A program made the translations under genes and the position numbers. The notes below the pieces were generated by a model. The model was not told where the DNA came from. It searched no databases and was given only the letters and a program-made list of their open reading frames with translations. Below, piece by piece: positions 28,645-38,877 of a stretch of DNA of 64,000 bases; position 1 is the first letter of the stretch; each line of letters starts with the position of its first letter. The stretch spans positions 688,114-752,113 of the forward strand of contig CBDFGE010000006.1 of assembly GCA_965247055.1 (NCBI GenBank), read 5' to 3'. The stretch is from Dehalococcoidia bacterium (GTDB taxonomy: Bacteria > Chloroflexota > Dehalococcoidia > Lucifugimonadales > JAGWBF01).

Positions 28645-29535
28645 ATGATGGACCTGGGGCTTAGGGAACGGGTAGCGATCGTGGGAGGCTCCAGCAAGGG
28701 AATGGGCAGGGCGACGGCGCTTGCCCTGGCCCGAGGCGGTGCCAGCATTACCATCTGCGCCCGGAACGAAGCGGACCTCCGCAAGACAGAGATAGAGATA
28801 GCGAGAGCCAGCTCCCAGCACCACGTACTTGCCATCCCTGCCGACCTCTGCGCCCGGAACGAAGCGGACCTCCGCAAGACAGAGATAGAGATAGCGAGAG
28901 CCAGCTCCCAGCACCACGTACTTGCCATCCCTGCCGACCTCTCACGCATTGAGGACGTAAAGCGGGTAGTGCGCAGCACCTTCAACCGTTTCGGCCGGAT
29001 AGATATCTCCGTTAACAACGTTGGAGGCCCTCCTACCGGTGAGCCCTCGGAGCTGGGCGACGAGGAGTGGGAGCACGCCCTGGACCAGAACTTCCTGAGC
29101 GTGGTAAGAATGAGCCGGGAAGTGGTCCCCTACATGAAGCAGCAGCGTTGGGGGAGGATCATCAATCGACTCTCCATCTCCGCCAAGCAAGCGATAGATG
29201 GTCTGGTCCTCTCCACCGCTACGCGCATGGCGGCCGTTGGATACGCCAAGATGCTGGCCATGGAGCTCGCGCCCTTCAACATAACGGTCAATAACGTCCT
29301 CCCCGGCCACATAGATACGGAGCGGCTGACCGCTTTTTATGAAGCGAGTGCACAGGAGCGGGGTCGCACCGCCGAAGAGCTAATAGAGGAAGCCGCCAGG
29401 TCCATACCGATGGGCCGCATGGGCAAGCCCGAAGAGGTGGGAGACCTCATCGCGTTCCTTGCTTCGGAGCGGGCCGACTATATTACAGGGGCCAGCATCC
29501 CCGTGGACGGGGGCGCCCTGCAAGCCACGATCTAG
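28645..29535 (+). CDS. short-chain dehydrogenase/reductase carrying an internal 31-aa tandem duplication
   Basis: ATG at 28645 preceded by GGAGGAGG. GGSSKGMGRA, NNVGG and other SDR features. CARNEADLRKTEIEIARASSQHHVLAIPADL occurs twice in tandem. Confidence 0.85.
   Translation: MMDLGLRERVAIVGGSSKGMGRATALALARGGASITICARNEADLRKTEIEIARASSQHHVLAIPADLCARNEADLRKTEIEIARASSQHHVLAIPADLSRIEDVKRVVRSTFNRFGRIDISVNNVGGPPTGEPSELGDEEWEHALDQNFLSVVRMSREVVPYMKQQRWGRIINRLSISAKQAIDGLVLSTATRMAAVGYAKMLAMELAPFNITVNNVLPGHIDTERLTAFYEASAQERGRTAEELIEEAARSIPMGRMGKPEEVGDLIAFLASERADYITGASIPVDGGALQATI
28754..28942 (+). repeat. perfect 93-bp direct tandem duplication (2 copies plus a 3-nt microhomology)
   Basis: 28754-28846 and 28847-28939 are identical as read. 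The junctions share tct. Confidence 0.95.
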
Positions 29536-29552
29536 GTCCTGCCGGAAACCAG

Positions 29553-30758
29553 ATGGAAGCAACTGGAAACCTTTCGCCAGCACAAGTCATAGGGGAAGCC
29601 CAGGAGTACATGAGCCGGCACCCGGAGTCCGGTCTGGGCGGCTGGCTCCTGCACGACTATCGCCGCTCCAACCCAATCTTCTGGCAGGCTCTCGGCGGCA
29701 ACATCGGTACGGTGACGCGTCCCTGCTACTTTTTCATACCGGCGACTGGAGGACCCCGGCTCCTGGTGCACCACGTGGACGCAGGCAAGTTCCAGGATTC
29801 GGGGGTCCCTCTGGCAGTGTACCGGAACCGACAGGGCATGGTGGACGGAGTGACGGAGCTTCTCGCCTCCACTGGCAGGGTAGCGATGGAGTACTCGCCC
29901 CAGGCCGCCATCCCCAGGGCCTCGAAGGTAGACGCCGGCACCGTGGAGCTGGTGCGTGGCCTGGGGGTCGAGGTGGTGTCTTCGGCAGACCTGCTCCAGT
30001 ACGCCACCCAACGCTGGAGCCAGGCCCAGCTCTCATCCCACCTGCGGGCAGCCGAGCTCCTGGGCCGCATCGTGCTGGAGGCCTTCGCCTACATCGGGCG
30101 GCACCTGTCCAGCGGGCCCACCGAGTTCCAGGTAGCCGAGTTCATTCGTGGGCGCTTCTCGGAGGAAGGCTTGCACTCCCCCGACGGTCCCATCGTGGCG
30201 GTGAACGAACACGCCAGCGACCCCCACTACGAACCGTCAGCCGAGGGCGGCCGCCCCATCGGGGAAGGCGACTGGGTGCTGATAGACCTGTGGGCCAGAG
30301 AGCCAGCCGGGGACGGCGTCTACGCCGATATAACCTGGGTGGGCTACGTTGGGGAGCAGGTCCCCCAGGCGTACCAAGAGGTGTTCGAGGTGGTGGCCAC
30401 CGCCCGGGACTCGGCCCTGAAATACCTGGAGGGCTCGGCCCGCCAGGGCATCACCCTCCAGGGATGCCAGGTGGACCGCATCGCCCGGGAGTACATCGCC
30501 CGCCGTGGCTACGGCGAACAGTTCACACACCGCCTGGGACACAGCATAGGCCGGGAGGTGCATGGGGACGCCGTCAACCTGGACGGTTTCGAGACGGAGG
30601 ACACCAGGAGCATCATCCCGGGAATATGCTTCAGCATCGAGCCGGGCATCTACCTTCCAGAGTTCGGAGTGCGGTCCGAGATCGACGTGTACATGTCCGA
30701 GGAAGGTCCCTACGCCACCACGTCCGTGCAGCGGGAAGTGGTACTGATCAGGGGCTAG
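29553..30758 (+). CDS. M24-family metallopeptidase (Xaa-Pro aminopeptidase/creatinase-like)
   Basis: C-terminal pita-bread motifs: DLWAR..., HRLGHSIGREVHG, FSIEPGIY, RSEIDV. Confidence 0.8.
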   Translation: MEATGNLSPAQVIGEAQEYMSRHPESGLGGWLLHDYRRSNPIFWQALGGNIGTVTRPCYFFIPATGGPRLLVHHVDAGKFQDSGVPLAVYRNRQGMVDGVTELLASTGRVAMEYSPQAAIPRASKVDAGTVELVRGLGVEVVSSADLLQYATQRWSQAQLSSHLRAAELLGRIVLEAFAYIGRHLSSGPTEFQVAEFIRGRFSEEGLHSPDGPIVAVNEHASDPHYEPSAEGGRPIGEGDWVLIDLWAREPAGDGVYADITWVGYVGEQVPQAYQEVFEVVATARDSALKYLEGSARQGITLQGCQVDRIAREYIARRGYGEQFTHRLGHSIGREVHGDAVNLDGFETEDTRSIIPGICFSIEPGIYLPEFGVRSEIDVYMSEEGPYATTSVQREVVLIRG

Positions 30759-32320
30759 AACACCTGCTCCATGTAGTCGCCGATCTCGTTGAGGTGGAAG
30801 TCCGCCACCGCCACCTCGGGGGCCCAGGCCACCTGATCGGAGGCCCAGCGCACCGTGCCATGCCGGCGTGTCCCTATCCCAAGAATCTTGTTGAGCACGT
30901 TATGTATGTTCTCGTTCATGCGTAGTGTGTTGGGCTTGATGGGCGCCCCGATGCGCCCATCCTTTATGATATAGGAGTCTCCCACCACCGTGCCGCTGAA
31001 GTCGCCGGCGCTGATGCCGTTGACGGGGTAGGTGTACCAGATGCGGCCTATGTAGAGGCCGTCGCCCACCAGCCGTAGCAGCTCGTCGCGGGTGTACTTC
31101 TCCCGGCCCTCCACGATAAGGTTCGTGGGTGTGGTCGACGGCGGAGCGTCGAAATTCCTGCCGCCCCCCCGGCCGGTGCGGAAGCCGTTGCGAGGCGCGA
31201 TGGCCTGCGCAACGCTGTGGGGGTCCGCCCCCAGCTTCTCCCGACCTTTGGGGTCGTTGAGCATACGCTGTTGCTCGTAGTGATTGGCCAGGAGCCCTAC
31301 GAGGGCTCCGTCCTTTATCAGGTCCGTCCGCCCCGTGGGCAGGCCCTCGTCGGTGATGGCCTTGCTGGCGGCCAGGCCCGGCGCGGCGCCATGGTCATAG
31401 AGGTACAGGCCGTCCGAGGCTACTTTCTGGCCCAGCTTGCCCAGGAAGGTGGACGCACCGGCGTAGAACATGTCGAGGTGGAGGCTGGGCATCAGGACCC
31501 ACTCCAGCAACTCCGACAGGGTCTGGGGACCCAGGATCACCCTATAGGCGCCGTCGTGCACCCGCTGGCCATTCATGGAAGCTATCGCGTTGCGAGCCGC
31601 CTCCGCGCCGGACTCGCCGGTGAGGTCCGAGAGGCCGGTGCCAACCGACCATCCGGTGCCCTTGGCGTACTGGTCCTCCAGCATGGCGGTGGTGAAGGCC
31701 ATGACCAGGGTCGACTCGTCGGTCTGCACTCTGGGCATATGGTAGGAGGCGATGGCCATGCGTTCCTGGAGCATCACCACGTCGCCTCCCAGGATCAGTC
31801 CCAGCCGACTGATGCCTTCAGGCGAGCCCGCCAGGTTGAGCAGGTCCTCGGAGGTGCTGAACACCTCCAGGGCCCTCTCCACGGTATCCCAGCCGGCCCG
31901 GACCATCCGGTTGTTGCCGACACGCATGATGGCGGGGTCGTGGTACCGGCTGAGGGTGGGCCTCTCCCCCGTAGCCATTGGGAGTGAGACATACTCCCTG
32001 TCTAACACGGCCCCCCTGCGCGCCTTTTCCAGGGCCAGCTTCACCCCCTCGATGGAGAGGTCGGTGGGCTCGCTGCCGAAGCCCGTCTTGAGTCCTTCGG
32101 CGGTATTCAGGGCCACCCTGATCCCGAGGCCATAGGACTCCAGGGACTTGGGCTCCTCGACGCCGTTGCTGGGGATGCGGGAGGTGTAGTTGAGCCTGAC
32201 GGTGAGGTTGCCGTTGGAGGAGGCGAACACCTCGGCCTCGGCGATATCCGGCTGCGTCCTGAGGTACGCGAGGCCGTCCCGCACGGCGCGCTTGAGCTGG
32301 CTCAGTGGTGTTATGGGCAT
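30755..32320 (-). CDS. TldD/PmbA-family protein (TldE/PmbA-like partner)
   Basis: 521 aa with PmbA_TldD family features (…GYGLRV-like ESYGLGIRV, C-terminal …PTNLIVEG…GLYIGRIWYTY…G). Lacks the HExxxH present in the 33958-35532 paralog. Confidence 0.7.
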   Translation of the reverse strand: MPITPLSQLKRAVRDGLAYLRTQPDIAEAEVFASSNGNLTVRLNYTSRIPSNGVEEPKSLESYGLGIRVALNTAEGLKTGFGSEPTDLSIEGVKLALEKARRGAVLDREYVSLPMATGERPTLSRYHDPAIMRVGNNRMVRAGWDTVERALEVFSTSEDLLNLAGSPEGISRLGLILGGDVVMLQERMAIASYHMPRVQTDESTLVMAFTTAMLEDQYAKGTGWSVGTGLSDLTGESGAEAARNAIASMNGQRVHDGAYRVILGPQTLSELLEWVLMPSLHLDMFYAGASTFLGKLGQKVASDGLYLYDHGAAPGLAASKAITDEGLPTGRTDLIKDGALVGLLANHYEQQRMLNDPKGREKLGADPHSVAQAIAPRNGFRTGRGGGRNFDAPPSTTPTNLIVEGREKYTRDELLRLVGDGLYIGRIWYTYPVNGISAGDFSGTVVGDSYIIKDGRIGAPIKPNTLRMNENIHNVLNKILGIGTRRHGTVRWASDQVAWAPEVAVADFHLNEIGDYMEQVF

Positions 32321-32419
32321 GTCATTCTCTCCCCGGTGAAGTCTTACCTGATGGGACGGTGGCCCCAGTGTGTGTGTTTCTGGGACGCAGTTTACATCCG
32401 TCCCACTATCCTTGTCTCG

Positions 32420-32713
32420 TTATGTCCTCGCGAGGAACGCCAGCGCCCTGCGAGCGTACTCTTCAGGCCTCTCCAGGGGGAAGAAGGCCCCGGCTCCTTC
32501 CACGATGGCCGTCTCAACCAGCGTACCCTCGGGCAGCAGGGCCGCCTGCTCGCTAGTGAACTTGCCCGCGGGGTCGTGCTCCCCGGCCATGATCAGTGTG
32601 GGCACTCTCACCAGGGGCAGCCGCTCCCTCGAATGGTAGCCACGTATGACCCCGGGGGATATCCGGGGCCACGCATTCAGCGACTGGAGGGTGAACATCG
32701 CAATTGCCGTCAT
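32420..32713 (-). pseudogene. alpha/beta hydrolase, C-terminal remnant only
   Basis: …VPTLIMAGEHDP…LPEGTLVETAIVEGAGAFFPLERPEEY is the last ~90 aa of an alpha/beta-fold hydrolase. There is no N-terminal part, and it abuts the rmuC stop codon. Confidence 0.6.
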
Positions 32714-33936
32714 AGACCGTCATCCTGTCTCTCTACCGAGTCCGAGTCAGTAACATCCGTACCTTCCCACAGGGAGCCCTGCCCGGCTTCCTCGAGATCG
32801 ACAGTCCCGTCATCGCTCTCTACTTGAGCGATGGGGACACCTCGCTCCTGTCTTACCGCAGCAATCCTAGTCAGCGGCCGTTCCAAGGCACGGCGCCGTG
32901 GGCCTGTCAATTCGTCGAAAGCCTTTTGAGTGGAATCTATGCGGTTTCCGAGAATCGTCATACTTTTTTCAAATTTCACCCACTGCCCACTGAATTGGCC
33001 GAAGAGAGAGAGGACCTCGTTTGAAGCTTGTTTAAGAGCAAAGTTATCCACGGCCTGCCGCACGACAGCAAGCACAGCATAAAGCGTGAGCGGCGAGCAC
33101 CATATAACCTTCTTCTGAAGTGCTACCTCGAGGATTTTTGAATCTGCCTCGTGAATGAACGCGTATACACTCTCGTTAGGAATAAACAGCAACACATAGT
33201 CAACAGTACCCTGCTCGGGGTCGATGTACTGCCGGTCGCTAACCTCATTGATCCTCGCCCTCACATCCCGGAGGAAATTGCTCTGGTAGGTGGCCTTATC
33301 GGCTTCTGACTCTGCGTCTATATACTTGAGGTAGTTATCCAATGGAAATTTGACATCCATGTTCAGCTTCAGGTCCTGCGGTAACAAGAAAACAAAGTCA
33401 GGCCGCGAGCCTCCACCGTGAACAGTTGCCTGCTTTCGGTAGTTGACACCTTCCACGAACCCAATTAGCCTCAGAATGTCCTCTGCCATCCGCTCTCCCC
33501 ATTGACCCCTAGCCCTGGAACTGGCCAATGCTTCCCGCAGGGTGCTCGTAGAGGAGGTCAAGGCAACCGTCTGCTCACCGAAGGTTTTGAGCTGGCTATT
33601 CAGCTCTGCGAATTTGGCCTCCCTGTCTTTTTCCAGCGTTTGAACTAAATTGGCGACTTTCTCGAGCTCTCCTTTCATGTTCTGAAGCTGCTGATCGATC
33701 AGCAGCTTCTTTCCCTGTAGATCACTCGAACCCGCATCTCTCAGCCTATTGAACCGCTCTTCCGCCAGTGTGAGGAATTGCTCCGACGCCCGCTTCAACG
33801 CCTCCTGCGATAGAGTTTGAAACTTCGACTTCAAGCCTTGGACCGACTCTCTTGATCTCGACCCCAGACGCGTAAAGGCAACATACGCGACTAAAATCAG
33901 AATCGCGGCAACCAACACCCCAACCAACGCTTCCAT
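32710..33936 (-). CDS. rmuC: DNA recombination protein RmuC
   Basis: N-terminal TM helix, long coiled coil, then the RmuC core (RGQWGERMAEDILR...PDFVFLLP...DVKFPL...YVLLFIPNESVY). Markedly AT-richer than the flanks. Confidence 0.8.
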   Translation of the reverse strand: MEALVGVLVAAILILVAYVAFTRLGSRSRESVQGLKSKFQTLSQEALKRASEQFLTLAEERFNRLRDAGSSDLQGKKLLIDQQLQNMKGELEKVANLVQTLEKDREAKFAELNSQLKTFGEQTVALTSSTSTLREALASSRARGQWGERMAEDILRLIGFVEGVNYRKQATVHGGGSRPDFVFLLPQDLKLNMDVKFPLDNYLKYIDAESEADKATYQSNFLRDVRARINEVSDRQYIDPEQGTVDYVLLFIPNESVYAFIHEADSKILEVALQKKVIWCSPLTLYAVLAVVRQAVDNFALKQASNEVLSLFGQFSGQWVKFEKSMTILGNRIDSTQKAFDELTGPRRRALERPLTRIAAVRQERGVPIAQVESDDGTVDLEEAGQGSLWEGTDVTDSDSVERQDDGL

Positions 33937-33957
33937 GACGGCCTCCTGATTCGCGCG

Positions 33958-35532
33958 CTACCCCTTTCCCGTGAGGCGGGCGACGCCCCGCATGGTGGGG
34001 CCGCCGTTGCTCATGCGCTTGGCCTGCATCGGCTGACCCTTGCCGCAGTTGGGTATGGGGTACATGCGGAAGTCGCTGCCCACCGCGTCTATGCTCATGA
34101 AGTAGTCCCGGGAGTCGGAGGTTATGCCCCCGTCCCGGTAGAGCTGCCCAAGCTGGCCGTTCTTGATCTCGTACACCTTCACCGCGGTGATGCGGAAGTT
34201 CTCCCTGGCCTCGGAGACCGAGGGGACGCGGTGCCCCGAGACGTAGTAGCCATCCTCCACCTCACCGATGATCTGCTGGGGGTCCCGGTCCCCTGGGGCG
34301 AACACGGTGTTAGTCATGCGGATGAGGGGGATGAGGCTGGCCTCGGTGGCCCTGGAGGAGCCGTTGGGCCGGACTCCCAGGATGGCCGCCGTCTGCCGGT
34401 TGTTCAGGAACTCCTCCAAGTTGCCGCCGCGTATATGGTACGCCCGGGTGGCCGGGGTGCCGTCGTGGTCGTACCTGAAGGAGCCGAACCCCTCCATGGT
34501 GGGGTCGGAGAAGGCGTTTACCAGGGGCGACGCGATCTGGCGGCCCAGCTGGTTCTCGCCCATGTCCCTGAAGAACCAGCTCCTGCCCGCGTAGGAGGTT
34601 TCGTACTTGAGCGCCCGGTCCAGCTCCGAGGGATGGCCCACCACCTCGTGGACCAGCAACGTATTGAAGTGGGGGTCGGTCACCACCACCACCGGCTTGT
34701 CCGGGGGACGCAGGGGTGGGGAGTTGGCCACCTCCACACCATCGGCGCCCAGCTTCTTGCAGAAGCTGACGAAGTCGGGCAGGACGATGGCGCCGTTGTC
34801 GTAGCCCTCGGTCAAGACCTCCCAGCCCCGCTGGTGGCCGGTGAAGTCGTAGATCTCCATGTTCCCGTGCTCGCTGGAGCAGATGACGATGACGAACCCC
34901 TCCGTCTGGGCAAAGCTCTGGTCTATGTCGGCCCCCTCGGTGCTACAGAAGACCTCCCGCATGAGAAAAGTGCTGGCCGAGGCGGCGGCATACCCGATCT
35001 GGCCGCTTGCCCCCTGGGCCGCCTTGCACCCGTCCACCGCCATACGTACGGCGTCAGCCAGCGAGACGGTCCGGGGGTCGGTGCGGTACACCGCCGGGAC
35101 CGTATCCCGGGCGACGGGCACGGGCGCTAGTCCGCAGTCGTACAGGCTTTCCCCCAACGCCCCGAAGCGGCGCCGGGTGCCGGCTTTCATTCGGGCGTTG
35201 GCCCTGGCCCGCTGGTGGGCCTGCCGGATGCCGTCCCTGACCACCTCGGCAACGCGGTCCACGTCCGCCGAGCCCAGGACCCTCCCGTAGTAGCCCGGGG
35301 CCGCCACCCTTCCGCCGGAGATGGCCCGCACCCCGAAGTCGAAGGCGTAGTCCTCGGCACTCATCTTCTCGTTGCCGTTCTCGGCCACGGCCCCCTTCTC
35401 CTCCCTCACCTGTATGCGCACGTCGCAGTACCGCAGGCCCGGCAGTCGCTTCGCGTCCTCGGTGACCAGGGCATTTATCTGGGGGCGAATCCGGTCCAGC
35501 AGCTCTACATCTACTCGTTGGGGCATCAGCAT
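33958..35532 (-). CDS. tldD: TldD-family metalloprotease
   Basis: HEVVGHPSELDR zinc motif plus C-terminal PmbA_TldD features (…NCGKGQP). Confidence 0.8.
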   Translation of the reverse strand: MLMPQRVDVELLDRIRPQINALVTEDAKRLPGLRYCDVRIQVREEKGAVAENGNEKMSAEDYAFDFGVRAISGGRVAAPGYYGRVLGSADVDRVAEVVRDGIRQAHQRARANARMKAGTRRRFGALGESLYDCGLAPVPVARDTVPAVYRTDPRTVSLADAVRMAVDGCKAAQGASGQIGYAAASASTFLMREVFCSTEGADIDQSFAQTEGFVIVICSSEHGNMEIYDFTGHQRGWEVLTEGYDNGAIVLPDFVSFCKKLGADGVEVANSPPLRPPDKPVVVVTDPHFNTLLVHEVVGHPSELDRALKYETSYAGRSWFFRDMGENQLGRQIASPLVNAFSDPTMEGFGSFRYDHDGTPATRAYHIRGGNLEEFLNNRQTAAILGVRPNGSSRATEASLIPLIRMTNTVFAPGDRDPQQIIGEVEDGYYVSGHRVPSVSEARENFRITAVKVYEIKNGQLGQLYRDGGITSDSRDYFMSIDAVGSDFRMYPIPNCGKGQPMQAKRMSNGGPTMRGVARLTGKG

Positions 35533-35571
35533 GGTCCTCCTTATCTAATGGCGTGGCACGCGAGAGAGCCG

Positions 35572-37257
35572 TCAGCTCGTCACGGCGCCCTGCGCCGCCG
35601 AAGACACCAGCTTGGCGTACTTGGCCAGCGCCCCCGTGGAGTACGCAGGGGGCCGGGGCTGCCAGCCGCGGCGGCGCTCCTCCATCTCCTCCGGAGACAC
35701 GTCAACCTCCAGCTTGCGTCCGGGGATGTCCAACGTGACGACATCGCCCTCCCTGACGAGGGCGATGGGCCCTCCCACCGCCGCCTCGGGAGCGACATGG
35801 CCGACCATGAGGCCCCGGGTGGCGCCGGAGAACCTGCCGTCGGTGACAAGTGCAACCTCCTGCCCCAACCCCTGGCCCACGATGGCGGCGGTCACCGCCA
35901 GCATCTCCCGCATCCCCGGGCCGCCCTTGGGCCCCTCGTACCTGATGACCACCACGTCGCCGGGCACTATCCTCTGACCCTGTATGGCCTGGAACACATC
36001 CTCCTCCCGGTCGAAGACCCGGGCCGGGCCCTGGTGCCGGATGTGCTGGCTGGCGGAGACCTTGACCACTCCTCCCTCGGGGGCCAGGTTGCCCCTGAGG
36101 ATGACCAGCCCGCCCGTGGGGGACAGGGGAGAGTCCACGGGGTACACCACCCTCTGACCGTCCTGGGTGGGTATGGCGTCCAGGTTCTCCTTCAAGGTCT
36201 TACCGGTGACGGTCATCGTTTCCCCATGGAGCAGGCCGGCCTCCAGCAGGCGCTTCATCACCAGGGGCACCCCTCCCACCCGGTCCAGGTCGGCCATGAC
36301 GTACCGCCCGCCGGGGCGCATGTCAGCTATGAAGGGGGTGCGGCTGCTGATCCTGTCGAAGTCCTCCAGCGTGAGGGCGACGTTGGCCTCGTGGGCGATG
36401 GCCAGCAGGTGGAGGACGGCGTTGGTGGAGCCCCCCATCGCCGCCACCACGGCAATGGCGTTCTCGAAGGCCTCGCGGGTCAGGATGTCCCTGGGGCGGA
36501 TATCTCGCTCCAAGAGCTGCATCACCACCTCGCCCGCAACCCGGGACGTCGTGAGCCTCCGCTCGTCCACCGCCGGGATGGAGGCGGCGCCGGGGAGAGA
36601 CATCCCCAGGGCCTCGATCGCCGCTGCCATGGTGTTGGCGGTGAACATACCCGCGCAGGAGCCCTCACCGGGGCAGGCACATCCCTCCAGCTCCGTCAGC
36701 TCCTCCCCGGGCATAAGCCCCTTGGAGTGGGCTCCGACGGCCTCGAAGACGTCCTGGATGTTCACGTCCCCGTTATGGAAACTGCCGGGCAAGATCGTAC
36801 CACCGTAAATGAAGACGGAAGGGATGTTGAGCCTTGTGGCGGCCATCAGCGTCCCGGGAAGGTTCTTGTCGCAGCCCGCCAGGGTGACGAGGCCATCGAA
36901 CCTCTGCCCGAAGGCGACCAGCTCGATGGAATCGGCTATGACCTCCCGGCTGACCAGGGACGCCTTCATCCCCTCGGTGCCCATGGAGATGCCGTCGCTG
37001 ACGGTGATGGTCCCGAACTCAAAGGGGGTACCCCCCGCCGACCTCACCCCTTCCCTGACCTTCGGGAGCAGCCTGCCCAGATGGACGTTGCAGGGCGTGA
37101 CGTCGCTGGCCAGGTTGGCGATCCCGACGAATGGCTTCTTCAGGTCATCTCGCGTAAGCCCCATGGCTAGCAGCATGGCCCTGGCCGGAGCCCGCTCCGG
37201 TCCCTCGGTGATCTCCCAGCTCCTGTGCTTGAGCCTGGAACGTCCTGCGGTCACCAT
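35572..37257 (-). CDS. ilvD: dihydroxy-acid dehydratase (IlvD/Edd family)
   Basis: KPFVGIANL..., [22 protein letters not shown] and [12 protein letters not shown] motifs. 561 aa. Confidence 0.9.
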   Translation of the reverse strand: MVTAGRSRLKHRSWEITEGPERAPARAMLLAMGLTRDDLKKPFVGIANLASDVTPCNVHLGRLLPKVREGVRSAGGTPFEFGTITVSDGISMGTEGMKASLVSREVIADSIELVAFGQRFDGLVTLAGCDKNLPGTLMAATRLNIPSVFIYGGTILPGSFHNGDVNIQDVFEAVGAHSKGLMPGEELTELEGCACPGEGSCAGMFTANTMAAAIEALGMSLPGAASIPAVDERRLTTSRVAGEVVMQLLERDIRPRDILTREAFENAIAVVAAMGGSTNAVLHLLAIAHEANVALTLEDFDRISSRTPFIADMRPGGRYVMADLDRVGGVPLVMKRLLEAGLLHGETMTVTGKTLKENLDAIPTQDGQRVVYPVDSPLSPTGGLVILRGNLAPEGGVVKVSASQHIRHQGPARVFDREEDVFQAIQGQRIVPGDVVVIRYEGPKGGPGMREMLAVTAAIVGQGLGQEVALVTDGRFSGATRGLMVGHVAPEAAVGGPIALVREGDVVTLDIPGRKLEVDVSPEEMEERRRGWQPRPPAYSTGALAKYAKLVSSAAQGAVTS

Positions 37258-37386
37258 CCGGTCACCTCCTGTAGCTGCGGAAGAGTCACCGTGTGCTGTC
37301 CCGCCGGCACGGTAGACCCATTATAGTTTCCGATACCCTCACGCACAACCGCTCCTCGCTCTCGGGAGACCGGACTGTAGTCGGCC

Positions 37387-38349
37387 TCAGAAAGGCAGCT
37401 CCTGTCCCATGCCCCGCTGCCTGGCCTTGTGATAGACGTGCAGGGCCGCCGCCACGTCCTCGATGGCTACCCCCTGGGACTCGAACAGGGTTATTGAGGC
37501 ATCGTCCTCCCTGCCGGCCGTCCTGCCGGAGACCACGTCCCCGAGCTCGCGGGCCATGCTCCAGCGGAAGCCGCCCCGCTCGGCGGGCCAGATGAGGTCG
37601 CCGCACTCCAGCTTGGCCTGCTCCAGGTCGTCGACCACAATGAGCTCGGCCCGCTCCACCGCCCTGTCATCTATCTCCCGGCGCATCCAGTGGTTGCCGC
37701 CGGCGGCGTTCACGTGGGTCCCGGCATTGAGCCACTCGCCCTCTAGCACGGGCTGCCGAGAGGCGGTTATGGTGATGGCTATGTCGGCGCCCCGGATACA
37801 CTCCTCGGCACTGTCCACCGGCACCACCTCCAGGCTCAGGCGCTGTTGCATGCTGCTGGCAAAGGCCTCGCGTCTATCTGGCGTGCGGCTGTAGACACTC
37901 ACACGTCTAACCTTGCGCACCGCACAGACCGCCTGAAGCTGGGTTATCGCCTGATATCCGGTGCCTATTATGCCCACGGTGGAGGCGTCGGCCCGGGCCA
38001 TGTACCTGGTGGCCAGTCCAGAGGCAGCCCCGGTGCGGATCTGCCCTAAAGCACCGGCCTGCATGACGGAGAGCAGCTCCCCCGTCTCGGCATGGTACAG
38101 CATGACCAGGAATCCGCCACCTCCCTTGGGGAAGGTGGTATAGGCCTTATAGCCGAACCCCGACAGCCCGGGCCCAATGGAGGCGGCGGCCATAAAGTGC
38201 AGTATCCCCCCGGGCAGCCTGATGCGGGTCCGGGGCTTGTTCTCGCCCAACCCCTGGCCCACGTAAGAGAACACCTCCTCCAGCACCTCGATGCACTCCT
38301 CCATGGGTAGAAGCTCCTCCACCTCCCTTTCGTTCAAGAACAGGGCCAT
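37387..38349 (-). CDS. ornithine cyclodeaminase/mu-crystallin family protein
   Basis: Full-length OCD_Mu_crystall pattern (…IRTGAASGLATRYMA…GIIGTGYQA…). Confidence 0.85.
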   Translation of the reverse strand: MALFLNEREVEELLPMEECIEVLEEVFSYVGQGLGENKPRTRIRLPGGILHFMAAASIGPGLSGFGYKAYTTFPKGGGGFLVMLYHAETGELLSVMQAGALGQIRTGAASGLATRYMARADASTVGIIGTGYQAITQLQAVCAVRKVRRVSVYSRTPDRREAFASSMQQRLSLEVVPVDSAEECIRGADIAITITASRQPVLEGEWLNAGTHVNAAGGNHWMRREIDDRAVERAELIVVDDLEQAKLECGDLIWPAERGGFRWSMARELGDVVSGRTAGREDDASITLFESQGVAIEDVAAALHVYHKARQRGMGQELPF

Positions 38350-38458
38350 CTCCTCTTCCTCCTCCTCGTTCAGGATGACGGGGCGCGTATCGTGCCGGCC
38401 ATCGAAAGCCTACGCCGCCGTGCAGCCCAGGGAGCCGTAAAACACCTCGAAGAACCTC

Positions 38459-38701
38459 TCAGTAGGCGCCCCTCAGGGGCCTTGAGGACCCCCTGACCAC
38501 GGGCACCTCTCCCCGGCCTACGTACTCCAGTATTGCCAGAGCGTTGCGCGTCGTCCGAGACAGGGAGGCGTTGCCTCCCACCGTGGTAATCCCCACAACA
38601 TGCATACCCCTGTGTCTGTGCCGCCCCAAGGCCATGAGCAGCGCTATTGCGTCATCCGTCCCTGGGTCCGTGTCTATTATCAGCCTCTTGGGACTGGCCA
38701 T
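38459..38701 (-). pseudogene. inosine-uridine-preferring nucleoside hydrolase, N-terminal 80-aa remnant
   Basis: KRLIIDTDPGTDDAIALLMAL is the IU_nuc_hydro signature, but the ORF stops after 80 aa where family members are about 300 aa. Confidence 0.65.
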
Positions 38702-38877
38702 TGGGCCTCCTGGGCATGGCCGGGTTAGGCCCGGCGGACCCGGCGTCCCCCAACCTGCGATGCGGCCCCAGGATACCAAGCCCAGGGACGGGACCCATAT
38801 CGGCCCAGGGCGGCGGGACATCACTCATCCGGTGCGGGTCGGGTAGGGAGCCGGGGCCTTGGCCTGCTGTCAGCGGT

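Noticed and set aside
28754-28942. Possible CRISPR or minisatellite
   Set aside because: Only two identical units, with no spacers, lying in frame inside an SDR gene. This is a simple tandem duplication.
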